In this document: in pieces, positions 28,601-37,291 of the stretch
Numbering within the stretch: the stretch's first letter is position 1
How the letters are laid out: each line of letters opens with the position of its first letter
Assembly (NCBI GenBank): GCA_964486045.1
Contig: CAZALK010000002.1
Coordinates: 128,001-192,000 of the forward strand
Length of the DNA stretch: 64,000 bases
Origin: an uncultured archaeon
GTDB taxonomy: Archaea; Asgardarchaeota; Lokiarchaeia; Sigyniarchaeales; SOKP01
Direction: 5' to 3'
Notes under the pieces: model-generated
The model's input: only the letters and a program-made list of their open reading frames with translations
What the model was told of the DNA's origin: nothing
The model's database searches: none
Position numbers and translations under genes: made by a program

Positions 28601-28892
28601 TTATAGCTCTTGCGAATAAATTTCGGTATTTATTCATTCCGCGTTGGGTTAATTCTACACAAACTAATTCACGAATATAGTTAGTAGTAATTTCTTTCAT
28701 CCCAAGCCCAATAATCGTTCTGATAACATCTTCAGCTACACTCTCAGAAATATTCCATTCTAGGCCTGTCTCTCGATTTAGTATTTTCGCAATACTATTT
28801 TCATCAAACTTTGTCTTCTCCCCTTTAGAATTAATCACATATTTAGGGTACAAATCTATTAACGAAAATGAGTTATCGGTCATGATATTCAT
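25620..28892 (-). CDS. nrdJ: Class II (AdoCbl) ribonucleoside-triphosphate reductase with N-terminal ATP cone, intein-containing
   Basis: YKRTYAR, PPGRGLW, LNNC, GNVRRSAE, NPCGEQ, TTVKPSGTVS, C-terminal FCD...C. Confidence 0.93.
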   Translation of the reverse strand: MNIMTDNSFSLIDLYPKYVINSKGEKTKFDENSIAKILNRETGLEWNISESVAEDVIRTIIGLGMKEITTNYIRELVCVELTQRGMNKYRNLFARAINLESVGFKLDELFLDPFKGQQPDWGPIGYITYKRTYARIIEGENRKEEFWETLRRVVEGCYSIQKEHCVKLSLPWSDDKAQKSAQTMFNKIWNFKLSPPGRGLWMMGTEFIARHGSMSLNNCGFASTEDIDLKNSKAFEFVMDALMLGVGVGFDTKGAGKIKIKKPSEGTFNFEIPDSREGWVEALKLILEAYFLGKQAPILDFSKIRLAGVPIRGFGGIASGPAPLKEMLEDIQKILEKRIGQIISSVDIVDIMNYIGKCVVAGNVRRSAEIALGDPTDLDFVTCKQDEEALYSHRWASNNSVFAVKGLDYSFIANQIAVNGEPGILWLENARAYSRMGDDPDYKDKKAAGVNPCGEQTLESFELCCVTGDTRIQAINGAPRIADVVDKEVEIWNGDQWSRIKPFLAAKDKEIFRVYISDGSYLDCTSDHNWHIRPSTARVFRSVETKDLNLGDYIIPFEIDKEYGGIYEPNAFEYGLFSGDGYIDKVYPMVSICGEKSKLKDLDVKGTWYKEQIKEGYNEPYNRLNLKDVIDPKIAEHLNDKSRGLPDIIFSWDQESILEFTAGLIETDGNLFHQVNTDNYRIFGNEEKIRDLQILLRRIGINHSTMYSAGDAGEETNYGIRNYNIYCLYIPSYECGEISTRIKKAKRIGPRYAINNRHPEGKMIDRTRKQKIIKVEKLKELQLVYCFNEPINHMGIFGNVLTYQCLVETFPSRHESYEEFQETLKYAYLYSKSVTLVNTHWQETNAVMLKNRRMGISQTGIIEAFVKHGKRKILDWCDKAYKYLRELDEQYSDWLCIPKSVKITTVKPSGTVSLLPGVPPGIHYPHSEYYIRRIRLSKNSDLIPNIKNAGYKIEDDSYSPNTVVAEFPIHEKFFDRSKNDVSIWEQAENAAAYQHYWSDNQVSITITFKQEEANQIKYVLEAYEDKLKSASFLPIKEHGYKQAPYEEITKEDYEEMIEKITPLNLDETKDREIGSKFCDAEGKCEVNFDK
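26481..27500 (-). mobile_element. Intein (340 aa) with LAGLIDADG homing endonuclease
   Basis: Starts CVTGDT; block B CTSDH; GLFSGDG and AGLIETDG; VYCFNEP..H; ends LTYQ|C; removal gives ESFELC-CLVETFP. Confidence 0.9.
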
Positions 28893-29470
28893 CCAATATT
28901 ATTTTTAAAATTAAGATAGTAATTTCATCGGCATAAATATTAATTAATTAAATTAATTGCCTTAACCGTACCTATAAATCAATTACTTCTTCTTATATAT
29001 AATTATTGCTATTTGTTATTAAACTATTGATTAAGTTCTTTACTTTTTAGTAATTCGTAATAATGCAAATCTATGAAATATACACAATTTTGTAAATAAA
29101 TCTTTAATGGTATTTTTCTAAAAGCTCTTAAATTTTTTTTTGTCGATAATTTTTGACAAGGATCTAATAATGTAGAATTACTCCTATTATTTAAACAAAA
29201 AATGTGATTAGAATTAATAAATTGTATATAAAAGTTTCTAAAGGAAGAGTGCAAGAGAAATCAAATACTTTTGTAGTTCTTCAAATGCACATATCGGACA
29301 AATTTTTTTATCAAAAAGCAATAAGAATATAACTAAGATTAATACCTTGAGACATTAATGGGAAAAATTTGGGGAAAGAAAAACATATCAGAAACGAATA
29401 AAAAGTTATTAGACTGTATAGCTATATTAATTATTAGTTAATTGTGAAATTGAAGATTTACCTCTAAATA

Positions 29471-29911
29471 ATGATGAAAAGGGAAAAGTTCCAGATTATA
29501 CCTACGGATGAACTAGAAAGGGTAATTAATAAGGTTTTAAACAATCAAAATGAAGTATTATTATGTTATTTATTCGGATCTTATGTTTTAGGTAATAAGA
29601 CTGAATTTAGTGATATAGATCTCGGAATTCTCTTAGATAGGGCATTTAAAAAACCATATTTATATCAAGTAAATTTGAGTTTGGAAATAGAAAAGGAATT
29701 TGGAAATAAAATAGAAATTGATTTATCTATTTTAAACAACGCCACACCTCGGTTTTTATATAACATTATTAAAAATGGATATGCTATTCATTCCAAGAAT
29801 AAAACAATACAGCAAGAGTTTGAAATAAAAGTTTCTTATGAATATTTAGATATAAAACCTATTTTAGATATGTATGACAAAATAACAGTCATGGATGTGC
29901 TTAAGGATTAA
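29471..29911 (+). CDS. Minimal nucleotidyltransferase (MNT) antitoxin
   Basis: YLFGS-x10-DIDL. Confidence 0.9.
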   Translation: MMKREKFQIIPTDELERVINKVLNNQNEVLLCYLFGSYVLGNKTEFSDIDLGILLDRAFKKPYLYQVNLSLEIEKEFGNKIEIDLSILNNATPRFLYNIIKNGYAIHSKNKTIQQEFEIKVSYEYLDIKPILDMYDKITVMDVLKD

Positions 29912-30377
29912 AATAAATCGGGACTTAATTTTAACTAGATTTAATAGATTCGACCAAATATTGGAAAATTTACTTGAACTTAGGCAAATAGGGAAAAAAG
30001 AATTTCTCACTAATTATAAAAATTATCTTACAGCACAGAGAGCCTTAGAAATTTGCATAAATATTTGTATAGATATTGGAAATCACATTGTATCTCTCAC
30101 AAATAAAGAAAAACCTGAAACATTTACGGATATTATCAAAATCTTAGCTAAACAGGAGGTTATAACCGATGAGCTAAAAACTCAATTTACGAAAATGGTG
30201 AGAATTCGTAATTTATTAGGGCATTTTTATTTAGAAATTGATAATGAAATGATTTACAGTATTTTACAAAACAATTTAAAAGATTTCACGTCGTTTAAAG
30301 AAGCGATAATAAAAGCATTTAAAGACGATTTAATTATAGATCAAACAAAAAAAACACCACTAAGCAATCAAGGGTGA
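29895..30377 (+). CDS. HEPN (DUF86) RNase toxin
   Basis: RNLLGHFY R-x-H motif; overlaps the MNT gene. Confidence 0.88.
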   Translation: MCLRIKINRDLILTRFNRFDQILENLLELRQIGKKEFLTNYKNYLTAQRALEICINICIDIGNHIVSLTNKEKPETFTDIIKILAKQEVITDELKTQFTKMVRIRNLLGHFYLEIDNEMIYSILQNNLKDFTSFKEAIIKAFKDDLIIDQTKKTPLSNQG

Positions 30378-30497
30378 ATCCTTCTTCTAATAGTTTACCT
30401 TTTTTTACAATAACTTAAAAATAAAAAAAGAATTGAGAGTCTTTTGACTCCACTTTAATAGATTTTTTATATGTTGTTGTTGATAGATACCATAATT

Positions 30498-30776
30498 TCA
30501 TTCATCAAATTCATGTTCTAATAAAAAGACTTCAGGTGGACCTGTTGCTCCTGATTCTTGCCTTTTTGCTTGTAAATCGGGGTTTTCCATATATGCTTTA
30601 AACTTTTCTAAGCTTTTTAGCTCACTAAAAACATATATTTCATTTTTGTTCCCCAAAGCTGTGAATACTCGCAAATTTATTGCTCCAGCTTCTTTTCTAC
30701 CCTCACTATCCTCACTAAAACTCTTTTTCCAAACATCAAAATCTTTAACAACTGATTTAACTATCACAAAAGGCAT
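30498..30776 (-). CDS. Small dimeric alpha-beta barrel protein
   Basis: V.DFD.WK..F....R..AG...SG..GPP pattern. Confidence 0.7.
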   Translation of the reverse strand: MPFVIVKSVVKDFDVWKKSFSEDSEGRKEAGAINLRVFTALGNKNEIYVFSELKSLEKFKAYMENPDLQAKRQESGATGPPEVFLLEHEFDE

Positions 30777-31076
30777 GCTAAATTACCATATTTTTCTTGA
30801 AAAGATATAGGAATTTTAAGAGATATCTTAATATTTAAATCTACCATTGTTAAAAAATAAAAAAAATTTGAAAAAGAGTATTTAAAATAACTTTTATACG
30901 ATGATTTTAAATACCTAGCAAGAAGTTGGTCAATCAAGAAAAATTTTGAACCAACATTAATGATTGCTAGGAATTATGGGCAAGACCAACAACAATTACA
31001 GGTTACACCAGACTCTTCACATATATCAGGTATTATAATGAATAAACTTAAGATCATGAGTACATTTCCAATCTAA

Positions 31077-31478
31077 CTATTTAAAAAATAGAAGTAAATC
31101 CTCTTTTGATATTTCTTGACGATGTTTTTGGTCTTCCCATAGTTTACGATAAATATAGAAGAATTCATATAGGTCTAATTCAATAGAAGAATAGATTAAA
31201 ATACCGTCTTCAATAATATGAATCTTTATATATAATGGTAATTCGTTAAAAAGGCGAATGTCATATCTATTAGAATCAACATTGATATTTTGTAATATGA
31301 ATGAAATTAGTTGATGAGGCTCTTCATTAGGTGCTACTATACACATGTCAATATCGCTTCTATTTGTATTTTGACTTTTGCTATAAGAACCGAATAATAA
31401 AATTCCTAAAATATCCTTCTTTTCTATTACATATGTAAAATCATTGTAAATTTGCTCTAGCAATTCTTTTTTAACCAC
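31077..31478 (-). CDS. MNT antitoxin, second copy
   Basis: LLFGS-x10-DIDM, LPLYI. Confidence 0.9.
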   Translation of the reverse strand: MVKKELLEQIYNDFTYVIEKKDILGILLFGSYSKSQNTNRSDIDMCIVAPNEEPHQLISFILQNINVDSNRYDIRLFNELPLYIKIHIIEDGILIYSSIELDLYEFFYIYRKLWEDQKHRQEISKEDLLLFFK

Positions 31479-31894
31479 TCTTTAGCTTTCACCTTAAAAC
31501 TTTGAAAATCCTTAAGAAGATTTTTTAAACTATTATATGCTATCTCATTGTCCAAACCATTATAGTCATGAACAATTCTATTTCTTAGACCATTTGCTTC
31601 TCGGAGTTTTGCAGCCAAATCTAGATTAACAATATTTTTATTTTTAATTATATTTATATTAGAATAGTCGTCTTTGGGAATCAATTTTAGATCTTTTACT
31701 ATCATCGCTACTAAATCAGTAATGATATCAATTCCGATTTGAAAAGCGTGATAAATTCCATATTGTTTTTGTAATTCTAAACGATCTCTAAACTCTTTTG
31801 AATCTATATTTTTCGTCCAATCCTTTAGGTGTTCTATCGTTTGATTTAAATATTCTAATTTTCCACTATATCGTTTTATTCTTTCTTCTTCCAT
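31457..31894 (-). CDS. HEPN (DUF86) toxin, second copy
   Basis: GLRNRIVHDY; PKDDY..N. Confidence 0.9.
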   Translation of the reverse strand: MEEERIKRYSGKLEYLNQTIEHLKDWTKNIDSKEFRDRLELQKQYGIYHAFQIGIDIITDLVAMIVKDLKLIPKDDYSNINIIKNKNIVNLDLAAKLREANGLRNRIVHDYNGLDNEIAYNSLKNLLKDFQSFKVKAKEWLKKNC

Positions 31895-32226
31895 TCTATT
31901 AATATATTTTTTTTCTATCTATTTTAATTTATTGAATTATCTCATGAAGTCTTCAATTTTCTTTAGTTTATTGAAAAATTAGATTCTAATTTATTATTAC
32001 ACCCTAACTAAATACATTTGTTATAGGTTAGAATTTTAAGTAAAAAAACCTTAATTCTTCTTAATTAAAATTTGAAAATCATTAATTATATACGCAATTT
32101 TATAGTGATTCAATCCTTTTGCCCGATTTAATTTCCGAGAAAATAAATAAGGGTTATCAAAAATTTATAGATCAAAACTTAAATGAAATTAAGTTAGAAT
32201 TTATATTTCTTCAAAAATAGAAAAGA

Positions 32227-33015
32227 ATGTCAAAAGTAGGGTATGTTCAAACATCTCCAATATTTGGGGATAAAAAGAAAAATTTTGAACAGATTGAGAA
32301 TTTGCTGGTAGGTGTAAAAGCGGATTTAATAGTTTTACCAGAGCTATTTGCTACTGGGTATGCTTTCATATCGAAAGATGAAGCAGTGTCTTTAGCTGAA
32401 ACCCTAAATGGAAAAACATCTCAATTTCTTATAAGAATTTCCAAAATGACAGGGGCAGTTATAATTGGAGGATTTGTCGAACAGGCAGAAAATAGAATTT
32501 ACAATTCTGCTATTATTGTCTCAAATAATCAAGTTATCGATTCATATCGTAAACTACATCTTTATTACAGGGAAAATTTGTGGTTTTCTCCAGGAGATAA
32601 ACCTTTAAAAGTATATGATATTAATAATATGAAAATAGGGATTATGATCTGTTTTGATTGGATTTTTCCTGAAGTAACGCGAAGTCTTGCTCTTCTTGGT
32701 GCAGATATTGTTGCTCATCCTGCCAATTTAGTACTTCCTTATTGCCAAAATGCTATGATCACGCGTTGCTTAGAAAATCGAGTTTATAGCGTAACCGCTA
32801 ATAGAATTGGGCAAGAGAAAAGAGGTAAAGATAATTTTGTATTTACTGGTGCCAGTCAAATTACCTCCCCTGATGGAAAAGTCTTATTATCGGCACCATC
32901 TAATAAGATACTTACGGGTTTTTCAGAAGTAGACATCGAACATTCGAGAAATAAAAAACTTAACGAATTTAACAATATTTTAGATGATAGAAGGGAGAAC
33001 TTCTATTTTAAATAG
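32227..33015 (+). CDS. Nitrilase / carbon-nitrogen hydrolase family
   Basis: E-K-C triad: LPELF, YRKLHL, ICFDW. Confidence 0.9.
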   Translation: MSKVGYVQTSPIFGDKKKNFEQIENLLVGVKADLIVLPELFATGYAFISKDEAVSLAETLNGKTSQFLIRISKMTGAVIIGGFVEQAENRIYNSAIIVSNNQVIDSYRKLHLYYRENLWFSPGDKPLKVYDINNMKIGIMICFDWIFPEVTRSLALLGADIVAHPANLVLPYCQNAMITRCLENRVYSVTANRIGQEKRGKDNFVFTGASQITSPDGKVLLSAPSNKILTGFSEVDIEHSRNKKLNEFNNILDDRRENFYFK

Positions 33016-33049
33016 ATATTTATTTTGATCTTAATGACAATTATTTACA

Positions 33050-33433
33050 TTACTCGATTAAAGCAGAACTCTTTAGTCTATTGTGTAAATGTTTGATTAT
33101 AGCTTTGAATGCGTTTTCAACATTTTCGCCCGTTTTAGCAGAGGTCCGGTAATAACCCTCTAAATAGTTTTTTTTAACAAATTTTAAAATCTTTTCCTCA
33201 TCTAATTTGCTCTCATCAACCAAATCAACTTTATTACCAAATAGGGCAACTGGTATATCCCCACAAAATTTCCTTATTTCTTTTAATCATTGAGCTGCAT
33301 GTTTAAAACTTTTTTTACCAAAATTATTATCCTCGATAGAAAATACCACGATCGTTGCTACACTTGACCTATAAAAAGAGGGTCGTAAGAAATGAAATTC
33401 ATCTTGGCCCGCTATATCCCAGAAAAATAATGT
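33050..33433 (-). pseudogene. Rab-like small GTPase remnant (no P-loop, internal TGA)
   Basis: WDIAGQDEF (G3), GNKVDL (G4), TSAKTGENV (G5); TGA at 33287-33289 at a Trp-like position; no G1 or start upstream. Confidence 0.85.
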
Positions 33434-33460
33434 ATTTCATTTCAGTTTTCTAAAATACCT

Positions 33461-33637
33461 GGAGTCTATTACAAACGATCTCAATATCCTAAACAAATGA
33501 AACTTTTTAAAGATGCAATTCAGATTTTAGAAAACCTTGAAATGGGAGATGAGCCTATAATACAGACGTTAAAAGAAAACATTGAATTTATAAGAGATGA
33601 ATTGGACAAAAACCAAACTAAATCAAATCAAAAATAA
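33461..33637 (+). pseudogene. C-terminal remnant of a TPR-like protein
   Basis: GVYYKRSQYPKQMKLFKDAIQILENLEMGDEPIIQTLKENI resembles a terminal TPR plus capping helix; no proper 5' end. Confidence 0.45.
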
Positions 33638-33751
33638 ATACTTTTATTATCTTTCATGACTAATTAATTCAAAAGTGCTAAGTACAAGAAAAAAATTTAA
33701 AAAGCAAAAATCAATTAGTTCTATTTTAAATTACAAACAGTTTGCTAAAAA

Positions 33752-34759
33752 ATGAAAGCGGTTGTATTTGATGGGAAAAGTTTAATTATTAAAACTGTAG
33801 CTGATCCAAGAATAGGCGACATAAAGGTATTAGTTAGAGTCAAAAGTGTTGGGCTTTGTGGAACAGACATAGCAATAATCAAAGGTAATTTACTAACACC
33901 TATACCCCTAATTTTAGGACATGAGTTTGCTGGTGATGTAATTAAAGTGGGGGACAATGTCGATCCAAAATGGCTTAACAAGAGGGTAACCTCTGAAATA
34001 AATAGTAATATTGATTTTAGTTGTTATTATTGCAAAAAGGGAAAACCTACTCAATGCATATCTCGTAAAGCATTGGGAATTGATGTTGATGGGGCTTTAG
34101 CTGAATATATAGCGTTGGATCCATATTTACTTCATGAAATCCCTAACTCAATCTCATATGATGATGCCACCTTCATCGAGCCATTAGCAGCAGCATATCA
34201 AATATTCGAAACAATGCCATTAGAAACAACTGATAAAACAATAGCTATATTCGGGCTTGGAAAGTTAGGATTACTAATAACACAAGTAGCTTTACTAAAA
34301 GGTTTAACATTAATAGTTGTGGATGGTTCTTATAGAAAACTTAAATTGGCAAAAAAACTTGGTGCACATAGATTGATAAACAGATTTGATGGTACGAACA
34401 TTACTGATATGGTAAAGGCTCTAACACGTGGACTAGGCGCCGATATAGTTATAGATGCGACAGGTAATCCCTTAGCGATAAAAGATGTTTTAGCATCGTG
34501 CAGACCTCTAGGAAAAGTACATTTAAAAAGCACATACGGTCTTGATGCGCATGTTAATTTAACAGACGCAGTATTACGCGAATTAACTCTATATACTAGT
34601 AGATGTGGACCGTTTGATAAGGCTATCGAAGGATTGGAGTCGGGAAAGATTAATGTTGAGAAATTAATCTCAAATAAAATCCCACTAAAAGACATCGGAA
34701 AAGCTGTAGACTTTAATAATATAAACCAAGACCATATTAAAACAATTATTCACATATAA
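33752..34759 (+). CDS. Zinc-dependent alcohol dehydrogenase (MDR family)
   Basis: GLCGTD, LGHE, CYYC-x7-C, EPLA, GLGKLG. Confidence 0.92.
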   Translation: MKAVVFDGKSLIIKTVADPRIGDIKVLVRVKSVGLCGTDIAIIKGNLLTPIPLILGHEFAGDVIKVGDNVDPKWLNKRVTSEINSNIDFSCYYCKKGKPTQCISRKALGIDVDGALAEYIALDPYLLHEIPNSISYDDATFIEPLAAAYQIFETMPLETTDKTIAIFGLGKLGLLITQVALLKGLTLIVVDGSYRKLKLAKKLGAHRLINRFDGTNITDMVKALTRGLGADIVIDATGNPLAIKDVLASCRPLGKVHLKSTYGLDAHVNLTDAVLRELTLYTSRCGPFDKAIEGLESGKINVEKLISNKIPLKDIGKAVDFNNINQDHIKTIIHI

Positions 34760-34905
34760 ACCAAATAAATACCTTTGTTTTGTAACTTCTTTTTATATCC
34801 ATAATGATTAAAGATTCTAAACATTGAATTTTTTAGAGAAAATACTTTAATTATTATATAAATAGTTTTAAAATATTTAATTTGAGCTTTTGAGGAAAAC
34901 TGATT

Positions 34906-36744
34906 ATGACTGATGATGATATTCAGGTGCCAAAATTAGATACAGGGAAAAATATAGCACATCAAGATATAAAATTTCCGTATTCTTGGTTCTTGTTGGT
35001 CTTCTTTACAATTTATCTTACCTCCCTTTTAGTTCCAACATTTTTATTCATGACATATATCTTTCTTTTTTTCTTGCCTAATTTTTTAGAAGTATCAAAT
35101 TTTTTAACACTTTTCACTGAGATTAAACCAATTCTCGCAATAATTTCTATGCCTTTAGTAATCATAGGGTGTTATTTAATCCGTTTATTTTTTGTTGGGC
35201 TGACAACACGGTTTTTTTGGAGATTGAGTGAAAGGAAGTCTCCCAGTAAAGATGGGATAATTCCAAGGAATTTTCCGAGTAGAACTCTTAATTATTATCA
35301 TATTCGAGGTTTTATGATAAAATATGGAAAGAACACATTTAATAAAGGAGCCTTCCCTTGGCTAAGCAATTGGTTTTACAATTTTGTAGGTTCAAGTGTG
35401 ATTGGAAAAGGATCAACCTTGGAGGAGAGTATATGCAATGAAAAATTTGCTATCGTTGGAAAAAATTGTTATTTTGGTGCAAGTTCGGCTTTAGCGACTC
35501 ATCTGGTTGATGGGACTTTTGGAAACATAAATTATTTTCATATCAAAGTTGGAGATAATGTAACTTTTGCTGGTACAAATTTAATTGCAGCAGGATCAGA
35601 GGTACATGATAATTCGTATTTGCTTCCTTTAGCTTCCGCAGGAAAACATAGCATATTAAAAGGGAATAATTATTATTGGGGAATCCCTTTAAGAAAAATA
35701 TTTCGGAAGAAAACTATGGGGTATTTGAAAATAACACCAAAGGAATTAGAAATAAATGAGAACATTGCTGGATATCTCGAGAAAGATGCAATGGAAAAAC
35801 TAAAAATTGAGAATATTTTAGGACCATTTAACGAATCAATTGAAAAGGAGCAAGAAAATATTGAAGAAAATGAAGAAAATGAGGAAAATATTGATATAAA
35901 TAGATTAAAAGAAGAAGATTTAGCAATAGACTTCACAACAAGTAGTGCAATTTCTAAGCTGAATATAAAGTTTCTAGTAGTGTACATCCCAATTTTTTGG
36001 TTATCTGGTATGTTGGATACAATTATATTTTACTCATTCATTTCTTTTGTAGGAAATGTATTTTTGAAGATATTCTTTCTCCCCACAATTATAATTATTA
36101 TGTGGTTTATATTTATATTAGGCTGCTTCTTTTTTAGCAAATTATTTCTAATTTTAATAAACTTAATTCATAGACCAAGAGAAGGGGTTTTTAAAGCTGA
36201 AATTGGGAATCCTGATTTTGAATTTTGGATGTTAAGAACTGAATTGAAAAAAGTTGTGCTATGGCTTATACGGAACTGGCCCATTCCCTGGATGGATATA
36301 TTAGCATTTAAGTGGTATGGTATAAAAATGACCTTAACAAGTTCATTATATGATTCTTGGTGTGATGGAGAATTTATAACATTTGGACGAAGAGTCTTAG
36401 TAGGGCAAGGTTCACATATCATGTCAAGCATGGTAGTCGGCCGCTACTTGATTATAAAGAAAGTAATTTGTGGTGATTATTCTCTTATTGGAGGACATTC
36501 GACAATAGCACCAGGTACAATAATTGGAGAGGATACTTTTGTCAGTGCTATTTCTACATCTATGTATTCTCAAATTTTAGAACCCGGATGGATATACTTT
36601 GGTATTCCATGCATTAAAATGAAGCCAAACAAATACTCTGAATCCGAAAGAGAGATCCTTATAAAAAGAGATGTAGATGAAGCAAAGAAATATACAATTC
36701 AGCACGAGGTTAATATTGATGATGATAAGAAAGACCTTGTGTAA
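34906..36744 (+). CDS. Membrane protein with two TM+left-handed beta-helix acyltransferase-like modules (Pls/NRPS terminal-domain-like)
   Basis: Two repeats of TM pair + hexapeptide repeats ending Y(Y/F)(W/F)GIP; LATHL motif. Confidence 0.7.
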   Translation: MTDDDIQVPKLDTGKNIAHQDIKFPYSWFLLVFFTIYLTSLLVPTFLFMTYIFLFFLPNFLEVSNFLTLFTEIKPILAIISMPLVIIGCYLIRLFFVGLTTRFFWRLSERKSPSKDGIIPRNFPSRTLNYYHIRGFMIKYGKNTFNKGAFPWLSNWFYNFVGSSVIGKGSTLEESICNEKFAIVGKNCYFGASSALATHLVDGTFGNINYFHIKVGDNVTFAGTNLIAAGSEVHDNSYLLPLASAGKHSILKGNNYYWGIPLRKIFRKKTMGYLKITPKELEINENIAGYLEKDAMEKLKIENILGPFNESIEKEQENIEENEENEENIDINRLKEEDLAIDFTTSSAISKLNIKFLVVYIPIFWLSGMLDTIIFYSFISFVGNVFLKIFFLPTIIIIMWFIFILGCFFFSKLFLILINLIHRPREGVFKAEIGNPDFEFWMLRTELKKVVLWLIRNWPIPWMDILAFKWYGIKMTLTSSLYDSWCDGEFITFGRRVLVGQGSHIMSSMVVGRYLIIKKVICGDYSLIGGHSTIAPGTIIGEDTFVSAISTSMYSQILEPGWIYFGIPCIKMKPNKYSESEREILIKRDVDEAKKYTIQHEVNIDDDKKDLV

Positions 36745-36759
36745 AACAATTTGATAACT

Positions 36760-37155
36760 TTAATTTATAATTAGTCCTAATTCTTGTTTTAAAAATCTCG
36801 ATAAATTTACGCATGTATTTTTTAATTCAGTTCTATTTTGGTAAAATAAATGAAGTCTAGGACAGTCATTATCGAAAATACAATTTTTTAAATGGAAGTC
36901 AAAGATTAATGGATAAAATCTACATCCTTGGGGACGATGTTCATAAATTTTACATTGATCTGAATGAGAATCTAAGAATATACAGTGATCTTTAATATTT
37001 TTTAACTGAGAAAACCCATCCTTATTATTAAACACGAAATCTTTTTTTTGTAGATTTTGATCCGTATTATTTATTATTTTAATAATATCATTCTTAGAAA
37101 GAATCATTTCCGTTCTTAAACAGCATTCTCCACAATTTTGGCATTTATTTTTCAT
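36760..37155 (-). CDS. YkgJ-family cysteine cluster protein
   Basis: CQNCGECC, CIFL...CKIY..RP.GCR.YP. Confidence 0.88.
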   Translation of the reverse strand: MKNKCQNCGECCLRTEMILSKNDIIKIINNTDQNLQKKDFVFNNKDGFSQLKNIKDHCIFLDSHSDQCKIYEHRPQGCRFYPLIFDFHLKNCIFDNDCPRLHLFYQNRTELKNTCVNLSRFLKQELGLIIN

Positions 37156-37291
37156 GGTTTTTTATTTTTATGTATTAATCATAAATTTAAAAGGAAAAAA
37201 AATATCTTATAAAATATAATAAGTATCAAATGCTTTTTAATAGAGCAAAATTTAATGAGTTTTAAGGTTTAACAATTTTCACTGCAAAAAA

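Noticed and set aside
29024-29254. 76-aa ORF upstream of nrdJ, and the similar ORF at 55531..55743
   Set aside because: AT-rich intergenic composition with no motif or SD; probably spurious.
30900-31076. Short open frame between the 92-aa gene and the second MNT, faintly like a sugar/glycerol kinase C-terminus
   Set aside because: No start and too little similarity to support by eye.
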